A DNA stretch of 64,000 nt from Ptychomitrium polyphyllum (lineage: Eukaryota): positions 18,042,001 to 18,106,000 of the forward strand of contig OZ316775.1 of assembly GCA_973851085.1 (NCBI GenBank), read 5' to 3'. The notes under the pieces are model-generated. The model was not told the origin of the DNA and did not search any database. It saw only the letters and a program-made list of their open reading frames with translations. How positions within the stretch are numbered: position 1 is the stretch's first letter; every line of letters starts with the position of its first letter. Below, one piece after another: positions 54,820 through 64,000 of the stretch. The translations under genes and the position numbers were made by a program.

Positions 54820-56369
54820 GGAGCTGTGTTTATTAGCTACATATGATCAACTTCGCTTTAATAGTGGAGCTGTATTTAGAAGAATTATGTTTTTGATGTA
54901 TAACCTTCACCTCAAAGGCGTCACTTGAAGTCGCTTCTCAGGACATAAGTTGAATTACTTGAACCAGAACGCCAGGCTTTGTCTTGTAAATTCAAGCAAG
55001 CCTTTCTAGTGCAAACAGCACTCATAGAGATTGGAGTACTTAACTCCCAAGTATCACAGTGGCCTAATTTAGTGCCTCAAATGTTTAGTCAATCTTTTGA
55101 ACTACAGTTCTCATTCAGTATTGTCTTATTCATTTATGAGAGTTGTTGGCTTGTAAAAATTTGAATTTTACAAGCGTCAATAAACCTTTGACTATTTATT
55201 AATCCATTGACTTTTGTTGAACCAAATATTAGTATTTTCAAAGTGTATGAATTGAAATTTTCTATCACTATGTTCTAAAAGTAACAAAAACAAAAGGAAA
55301 AGGAAAAACATTTCTTGATGACTTACTTTTAAAGATAGATGTGTCAATTGTGGTAAAAAATAGTATTATTTTGTTCCTTTGCGTATTAGCTTGAGAAGAG
55401 CAAAAGATGTTCTTGAAACTATTGAAAAACTAGAGGTGAAAATGGCTGTCAAAAATGAGCAAAATTCAATGACTTCAATGAAAAAAATCAAAGACGTTTA
55501 AGGATTGATTGAAGATTGTAAGGATCTATACTAGGAATCAGTGTTTATGGTGCTAAGATAACTGATTAGCCCTATTTTCCTTGGGTTGTGGTTATTAGCT
55601 GTCGAAAGAAGTCTGGATTAAAAAATTTAATACATGTTCACCTATCTCAACATGTTTATTTCCTCCACGAGGATAATTTGACCTGTCAAAAGTTAGGTCA
55701 AAAGTATGGGGCGAAGACTTTCCGGACCCTGCTTGATTTATGTTCTCTATTCTAATGTCGGACAAGCATCTTCGAGTCTCCATTCGAGAGATAGACCACT
55801 CTGGTATTTTTACTAAAGGCAAATGTTTGACGTCGTAGACCAGTTTCTTCACTTTCAATCCCGACAATTTTTTTGTACTTAACATTTTGCTTCCAGCAAG
55901 AAATGCAGAGGTTTGTGTTATTAACGACAGGGACCCTACACAGTTCTGGCTGATGAGGGCGGCTGCAATCAGGTCTTCTATGCTGGTGCAAAAGGTCTCC
56001 GTTGTTAGAATTGTCAACGAAGATGACAAAGGTGAAGGGCACACATATCTGAATTCTTGACATGGGTGTGGCCGCCGTGAGGTTATTAAATGAGACCTCG
56101 TATAGAGCCTATGCAGTAACTTTGAATGACTCTATCCATAAGCGCAGGAAATACAAATATTCTTGGTGCAGGTCGTGCACAAGAGATTTTAGATTTATAG
56201 CAAAACTAAGTTTCAAATCAGAGACAATCTCTCAATATATTTGCAGAATTACATAAGTAGCGCTTGAACTGGACTTATCATCCAGCTTCCTGTCTGCACT
56301 TCCTGCTTATTAGATTCCTGATCACTCCTACCAAGTCCCTCCCATAGTTCACAGCAAAACTTTTTTAAC

Positions 56370-58833
56370 ATGGAAGCAGTTGCAAGCACGAGGGGAGATG
56401 GCGTCGGTAGTGACCCCTTGAATTGGGCTTGCGCTGCAGAAGCAATGAAAAGTTGTCACCTTGACGAAGTGAAAGACTACATCAAGACATATTACGAAGC
56501 AGAGGAAGTTGTCATTGAGGGCAAGGATTTAACCGTGGCACATGTGGCGGTCATAGCTCGCCGGCCTGAGGTTGCCGTCAAGCTAAATACCGGTGTCGCG
56601 AAGAGGAGAGTGGTTGAGTGCTCTGACTGGATCGTCCAGTCGATCAACGAGGGTAGAGATATCAATGGCGTCACCACTGGCTTCGGAGCTGCGTCTCACC
56701 GACGTACCAACCAAGCCTTGCAGCTTCAGCAGGAGCTCGTCAGGTCAAACATAATCAGCAAGCATAAAATTTCGATAGGAAGAGTTCGTATTGGTTTATT
56801 CAGATCTGCTCTATCATTTCAATCTGTAAGCGGCAGACATAATTGACACTACTGCATATAATTGACTAGGTTTCATGCTGAGTTGCAGGTTTTTGAACGC
56901 GGGCATTATTGAACCCGGAAACAAGCTTCCCGTCAGCACAACTCGGGCGGCCATTCTTGTTCGCATCAATACGCTCATGCAGGGGTACTCTGGCGTCCGG
57001 TGGGAGATGCTTGAATGCATGGGAAAGCTTCTGAACTCCCAAATCACCCCAGAACTACCGCTCAGGGGGACCATCACAGCATCCGGAGACCTTATCCCCT
57101 TAGCCTACATCGCTGGTTAGAATTTGCGCGCATTCATCACTTGCTTCATGCACGGATGTTCAGAATCTTCCTCATTTTAAATTTAAAATCTAGAGGTCGT
57201 TCTGATATGAATCTCCATGGCATCGTCGTGTGGGCACAGGCCTGCTCATAGCGCGCCCAAACTCCACGGCTGTGACGAAAGAAGGGAAGATCCTCTCTGC
57301 GCTCGAAGCTCTAAAGCTGGCAGGAATTGACAAGCCCTACGAGTTTCAACCCAAGGAGGGCTTGGCTCTGGTGAATGGCACAACGGTGGGGTCAGCCTTG
57401 GCCTCCACCGTATGCTTCGACGCCAATATCCTTGTCGTGTTGGCAGAAGTCCTTGCTGCGCTCTTCAGCGAAGTGATGTACGCAAAACCGGAGTACACCG
57501 ACCCTCTTACCCACAAGCTGAAGCATCACCCTGGCCAAATGGAGGCAGCAGCAATCATGAAGTGGGTGCTTGACGGGAGCTCCTTCATGAAGGCGGCCGC
57601 TAAGTTTAATGCCACCGATCCGCTGAGGAAGCCCAAACAGGATCGTTATGCTCTTCGAACTGCACCTCAGTGGCTTGGTCCTCAGGTACCAGTCTGTCTG
57701 CCAGTTCCTCTGTTCGAGATTATGGAGTTCTCTTGAAAGCATTCCGTTTCGGGCAAACTTTAATACCTGCTTAATTTTGTTAGGTGGAAGTAATCCGTAG
57801 TTCGACGCATTCCATTCAGAGGGAGATCAACTCCGTGAATGACAACCCGCTCCTTGACGTATCACGAGATAAGGCGATCAACGGAGGCAACTTCCAGGGC
57901 ACTCCCATTGGAGTGTCCATGGACAACATGCGCCTCGCCATCGCTGCCATTGGCAAGCTCATGTTTGCTCAGTACAGTGAGCTTGTGAATGACCTCTACA
58001 ACAATGGCTTACCGTCTAACCTAAGTGGCGGACCGAATCCCAGCCTCGACTATGGGATGAAGGGCGCCGAGATAGCCATGGCCTCGTATCTCTCAGAGCT
58101 CAACTATCTGGCCAACCCGATAACCACCCACGTTCAAAGCGCAGAATGTCACAACCAGGATGTCAACTCTCTTGGATTCATATCCGCTCGAAAAACAGAG
58201 GAAGCGATAGAGCTTCTAAAATTCATGAGCGCCACCTTTTTGTTGGGACTTTGCCAAGCGATTGATCTCCGCCATCTGGAAGAAACAATGCGAGCAGCAG
58301 TGAAGAGCATCGTCAGCCAAGTTGCGCGGAAGACGCTTCTTGAAAAGCCTGATGACGCGCACCTGCCTGTTGAGACCGATCTGCTCAGAGTTGTGGAGCA
58401 TCAGCCCATCTTCACGTATATCGACAATCCATCCAGCCAAACGTACCCTCTCATGAAGGAGCTTAGACTGATGATGCTCCAACACGCGCTGCAAAACTTG
58501 GAAGATGAAAACTTAGCAGGGACATCTCTGTTTCATAAAATTTCCATCTTCGAAAAGGAGCTCACAGCAAGATTGACAACTGAAGTTCCACTGGTTCGAG
58601 AAGCTTACTATAATAAGGGACACAGCAGCGTCGAAAACAGGATCAAGGAGTGCAGGACCTATCCCCTCTACCACTTTGTTCGCTCCGAGCTCGACACCCA
58701 GTTGCTCTCCGGACACCGAACTGTCACCCCAGGTGAAGACCTTGCAAATGTGTACAGATCCATTCGTGACGGTAAATACGTTGCTCCTCTGCTTCAATGC
58801 CTGGAAGGCTGGACCGGTGCTCCTTCCTTTTAA
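56370..58833 (+). CDS. PAL: Phenylalanine ammonia-lyase-like, copy 2 (divergent; catalytic-loop Tyr replaced by Asn)
   Basis: Exons 56370-56743, 56889-57115, 57240-57685 and 57784-58833, with the same three intron positions as copy 1. MIO ASG is intact ([17 protein letters not shown]). The loop reads [16 protein letters not shown]. The ORF is uninterrupted. Confidence 0.93.
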
Positions 58834-61800
58834 GCTGAATTACCTTCTACATAATTTTGGTGCCGTCCGAGCTGATTGCATGATAGTTGCACAATGACCA
58901 CTGTTCTCATCAGAGCAATAGTTTTCTGTCTCCGGTAACGTAGTTTCTAACAATGCTACTTCCTACACAGCTGACAATCCATTACTTGTACAAAACACTG
59001 ATCGCTACAGTAGCTATGCTGTCACTCTTCCGAGTTGCGGGACAGCCCAAGTGTGATAATGAGTTCACATTTCCAGTTTTGTATGGAAGAGGTGTACCTG
59101 TAGGCTACGTTTAAAGCTCCGCAAATATGCGTATTGTAGACTAAGCACAGTGAACGTTTGAAACAATGCATCATGCCATGGGTCTCTCAAACATAGTGAC
59201 TAATCATGTTAATTATCATAAAAGTGGACTCAAGCCGTAGGGGAAAGAAAACCACATTCTGAGCGTGTGTGCAATATCCATAATTGATACGCATCTTCTG
59301 AAAATCAAACGTCGACAATGAAAGTTAAGGTAGTTGTCAACAAAGAGTTCTAGACGGAAAACAAAAATCTTACACGCTAAGCAAACAGATCGTTTGCACA
59401 ACTTGCCTACAGCCGAATTGTCTTCTACATTACTATCCCTCAAGAAGTTCACATCGCAGTATGTTGTGACCTAAGAGGCGATGAGCATATGGTAACGTCA
59501 ACAGATTCGTGCTTCCGTCCAACTCCTTTAGCCTGCAGAATGGCAGGCATAAATTACATTAGCTATAAGGCAGCAATACAGAGGATCTGGCATCTGGTTA
59601 TCTCAACTGAAGCTTCAGATGATGGTTAATACCCTTAGTAGACATATTCAAGCCAGCCGAGAGACCAAGAGCCATTGCTGCAAAAATACTGTAGAGATAG
59701 GGAAAGGCTTTTACGTCTGGAGTCTGTTGCATACGGTGCATGAGATGAAGTGTAGTGTGGCGCATCCTCCCCATGTGGAAATCTTGGTTGAAGCTGGAAA
59801 AAAGAAAGCTCGACCTCAGAAAATACATCATGTATTCAATACTAGACACCAGACAAGCAATCACATTAATCAGGACGGAGAGGAAACGAGGGAGTCTCTA
59901 TCACTACTGACAAAACTGAGATAAATCATCAGAAAGAAGGCTAACAAAGTACTCTAACATTACAGGACACAGTAAAAAGTTTCAAGACTACCTTGTAGTG
60001 CACATCATCACGATCCCAAGGGGCTTGATGGACCATTGACATGTTCAGCTGCAGTTCCCACACAATTATCAGCCCTCATCACCCAGTCGTACTAGCAGCA
60101 AATCAAAATGTTCCAACATTTTAAAAAAACTCAAGTGAAAATCGGATACCCAAAACCTGGAAGAGAAGTTCGAAAAGGAGAAAGTAAACATGCGGAAACA
60201 CATGCCTGCGTTGCGTGGAGGTCATGATCACCAGAAACATCACAGGGTATCTTGTGCTTGTCCTGAGAAGGTAATTGGGAGCCGTTGGTGGGGTGTAGTT
60301 GCTGTTCAACGGGAAGTTCCTGATGAACAGATGGTTCAACCAATGGTGCACTGTGCTGCGATACCTCAACCACCATACGTTGAGGATTCATATCATCCAT
60401 AAAAGGTACCCAAACATCGCCATCAACAACTGCCGGGTACGGGTATGCGAAATCCTTAAAGAGATCGCAGAGAAACAGCAGCAACAGACATGGATTGATA
60501 CGAGCCAGTTCAGTAGACTAATACGATGCTCTAGAAAGTTTGATCACTCGCTTTCAGAAGACTGATGCTGGGACACCCGCCGCACAAGTTGTAAGAAAGA
60601 AAGAAGCCAAATGATCACCTCAGCCGTCTTAGGAATGTTGTCGAAGGTGGCGAATGGAGCAGTTCGCGAGTTGCAGGCAATGTAGGGCATGGGATCGTGA
60701 CCGCGTGCACATTTGACTGTCTCCTGGTCCTTGAACCATGGCGCCCCGACTGCGTCCGCCCGCTTCTCATACTTGGGCAGGTCATGCATCGTCGCATAGG
60801 GTGCATGCGTCGACATCTTTTAACATCCGTGTCAGTTACCTCACTACTCTGCCAGACCCGCAACCACTTCAGTCCATAGCTCCATCACTCCCCACTCACT
60901 CACATCACCAGCTCCAAGGAACCTACCAAGAACTACACAATGACCCTCCAAAACCGCTCAACAAAACTTCCCACATCAAAGAGATGCTAAGAATGCCATT
61001 ACGAGCACCACCCCACACCACCGACAGGAAACGCAACACGCGCGTTACAAACCTAACAGAAGACAAACAATGCCCACCTAAAGATCAATCCACAAAACTC
61101 CACACAAGACCCCGTGAAACGAAACAACAGACACAAACCAGCACAACATGAGAACCTCCAACCACACACAAATGGAAGGGCATGACAAAGACGTGAACCA
61201 CCATGTCGTCACCTCCCAACACATGGAAAAGAACATGGAAAACAGGTTGCCGTTCGAAACACACTCACCTGGATCCTTCACTGGAACTAGTACAGCATGA
61301 AAAAGGACCCAAACGAAGGCAAATGCTGTAGCCTTAGAGCACAGTCGTGCTGGTCCGGTGGAGAATGGAGCTGCAACTGCAAAAACAGACGAGCGATGGC
61401 GCACAGATTGGAAATTGTTGAGCAACGAAGGCCCGCAAGCCCTGCACCGACGTAGAGACCGGTACGAATACGTATCGTTCCTCCATGACGTACTGTATAT
61501 TCCGTATCGAGTATCAGTTACGTATAGCATGCAGTCAGTTGGGTAACGGTACTGTGGATGGTTCTTGTGGAGTTATGTAGTTATATATAAGACCTAATAG
61601 ATGTAGAATTTATATTGATATGACGTACGACCCAATGAACTGCAATTTGCTAATGACATCCAGAAGTATACTGCAATCCACTAAGTTTCTTAGTTCATAC
61701 ATTACTATGTAACTGCATAACCTACAGCTTCGCAAGGCAGGAGAGATCAAACCCTTGTTAGGGATGGAGGGTGCCAATTAGAAAGATCAAATAAGCTGTT

Positions 61801-62869
61801 TGGTTTTCTGGAAACAGTTTGCCCCTTGCCTTAATAATGCATGCAGGTAACTGAGATGTATGCCTTCGCACATTTTATCCAACCATGTTATAGGAAGGAA
61901 CATGTGAAGGTTCTTCAGTCGAACAGCAAGCAAGCATTGTAATCATCTGACTGCTTTTCGTGAACAACACTTGGGCTTACAACTTACTTTGTAGGCGGGA
62001 ATATAAGGCTAACGGTGGCACACGAAGCACATATATGAAGTGAAAGAATTGGATGTTTTTAGGTTAAGTCATGTGAGTGCCAGTTTGTAAGAATTTGTGT
62101 AGTGGAAACGGCATTATGCCCAATGTTGTAGGGGACCAATGTAAGTTAATGAAATCTTTGATCATTTGTTCCAAAGGTGGAACCTAAAGAAATTTCCAGA
62201 ACTTCAAAGATTATCTTCCTACAAACAAAGTTTGAATCTCCATTGCAAATGGTAAATCCACTCCTTTGGTTTGATAGGAGAATATTGACTTGGGATTCAT
62301 CAATCTCTAAAGGTTGATACTCCACAAGAGAATCTTATCTAATCTTTATATAACTTTCTTGTATTTATACTCATATTATTGAATATTCCATTAAACAATG
62401 AGATTTGTCTTCATTTCTCTCATTATCACTCTTCCATCCTTCCATCTAAGTGGCCTTGTATTTGTCATAAATTTGTTCAAAAATCTAAATTTGAATTAAA
62501 TAAGCTTCAATCTATATTTTCATGCTTGAAATTTATCTTTTCTAAGAATGAATGAAAAGGCCTTTAATCCCAAAGCAAGTGAGTCATCTTTTCTCCTACC
62601 TTTACTTTGATAATATGAAATTTTAATCTCATTTGGAAACAACATTTTGTTTATAAAGAATTTTGCCAAACATTCTTTTTTTTGTCTTTTATTGGAGATC
62701 AATTCACCAATCTCTTGGTCCATATGAATAACAATACCTATAATATTAATAAATACAATGCATATATTAAGCTAAAACAAATGTTATATTTTACATATAA
62801 AATGAAATAAAATAATATTTATATGTTTCAAATGAATATACCATGTGTGTTTCTTGTATGTAAAAATCT

Positions 62870-63790
62870 CGGCTGGGATTTTTGTGTCATGCCTTTTGGA
62901 CTTACCAATGCACCCGCCATTTTTGAACACTTGATGAATGATATATTTTGGGAATGCCGCGATGATTTTATTGTATGCTATCTAGATGATATCTTGATCT
63001 ATTCAAAGAATCCAAAAGAACTTGAACGACATGTTCGCATAGTCCTATAAGAGCTATAAGATGTCGATTTGTATGCCAAGCTGGAGAAATGTATATTCCA
63101 TGAACCTCAAGTGGAATTCCTTGGTTATATAATCTCCAACAAAGAATTATTGATAGATCCAAAGAAGGTCAAAGCAGTTAGCAATTGAAAGAGGCCAAAA
63201 TCAATACGTTAGGTCCAATACTTTCTTGGATTTGCAAACTTTTATAGGATCTTCATCGAGGACTATTCTTGAATAGCTACACCACTCGCGGGACTAACAT
63301 GCAAGGAAAAGCTTGAATGGAGATCTGATGCTGAGGATGCATTCCAAAGTTTGAAGCGAGCTTTTACCACAGCTCTTATTCTGGTCCATCCGGACTTTCC
63401 AAAGCAATTTTATCTTGAAATAGATGCTTTCGACTTTGCACTAGAAGCAATTTTGCCACAAATGGGGAAAGAAAGGAGACTCCATTCAATTGCATTCCAT
63501 TCCAAAAAAAATTCAGGTGCAAAAATCAACTACGAAATCCACAACAAGGAATTCCTTGCAATTGTGGATTCTTTCCAAAAATGGCGTCACTTACTCGAGG
63601 GGGCCGCGCATCCAGTGATTGTATATACAAATCACAAGAACTTGAATATTTCATATCAGCCCATGTTTTGAATTGCCGCTAAGCTTGTTGGAGTATGTCT
63701 CTATCTTGATTTGATTTTTGCATTACATATTGACCCGGAAAATAACAAGGGTTATCAGATGCTTTGTCAAGGCGATCATACATTGCGCCA
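62870..63790 (+). mobile_element. Degenerate Ty3/Gypsy LTR-retrotransposon pol fragment (RT + RNase H)
   Basis: VMPFGLTNAPAIF, YLDDILIYS, KLEKCIF..VEFLGY, FLGFANFYR, RNase H LEIDAFDFAL and NYEIHNKEFLAIV..WRHLLEG. Several in-frame stops and frameshifts. No LTR recognised. Confidence 0.92.
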
Positions 63791-64000
63791 AAAGGAGGGA
63801 GAGGCAGCACACAATTAACAAGCAACTTTGTTGAAACCCAAATGGTTATATATACACACAACCACCATTTCAACTTTGGAGGATTCATTGTTCCTTGACC
63901 AGGTGCGTGTGGCATCTATTAAGGACCCTCTTATTTTTTATATCAAGCGTCGTTCCAACAACCTCCCTAAAGATGTGTCTAAGTTCAAATTAGAAGACAA

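Noticed and set aside
55595..56063. 149-aa minus-strand ORF upstream of PAL copy 2
   Set aside because: No homology signal. It lies in the probable promoter region.
56325..56334. AC/PAL-box-like CTCCTACCAA
   Set aside because: A short motif only about 35 nt before the ATG, probably in the 5' UTR, and it could occur by chance.

Overview
Eukaryotic, intron-rich plant DNA. It is most likely a moss: this is inferred from the kinase pseudogene family, the Gypsy remnant and the gene structures. Genes from left to right: a 5'-truncated kinesin-12 (PAKRP1/KIN12A-B type), a minus-strand gene joining a hAT-transposase-type BED zinc finger exon to a LEAFY-type SAM domain exon, dynamin-related DRP5A, a photolyase-N-domain/alpha-beta-hydrolase fusion with a probable U12 intron, a CYP71-clan P450 with a 1-bp frameshift, a dirigent protein, a decayed kinase pseudogene, an intronless MPDU1/PQ-loop gene, PAL copy 1, an At4g37920/At1g36320-family plastid protein, a divergent PAL copy 2, and a decayed Ty3/Gypsy pol fragment. 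Highlights: (1) the BED + LFY-SAM chimera, which has no recognisable LFY DNA-binding domain; (2) PAL copy 2 has Asn in place of the catalytic Tyr but is otherwise intact; (3) PAL copy 1 has Ser in the conserved DNP motif; (4) P450, dirigent and both PALs lie within about 34 kb. Exon models were read by eye from GT/AG sites and reading frames. Family assignments come from recalled motifs, not database searches.
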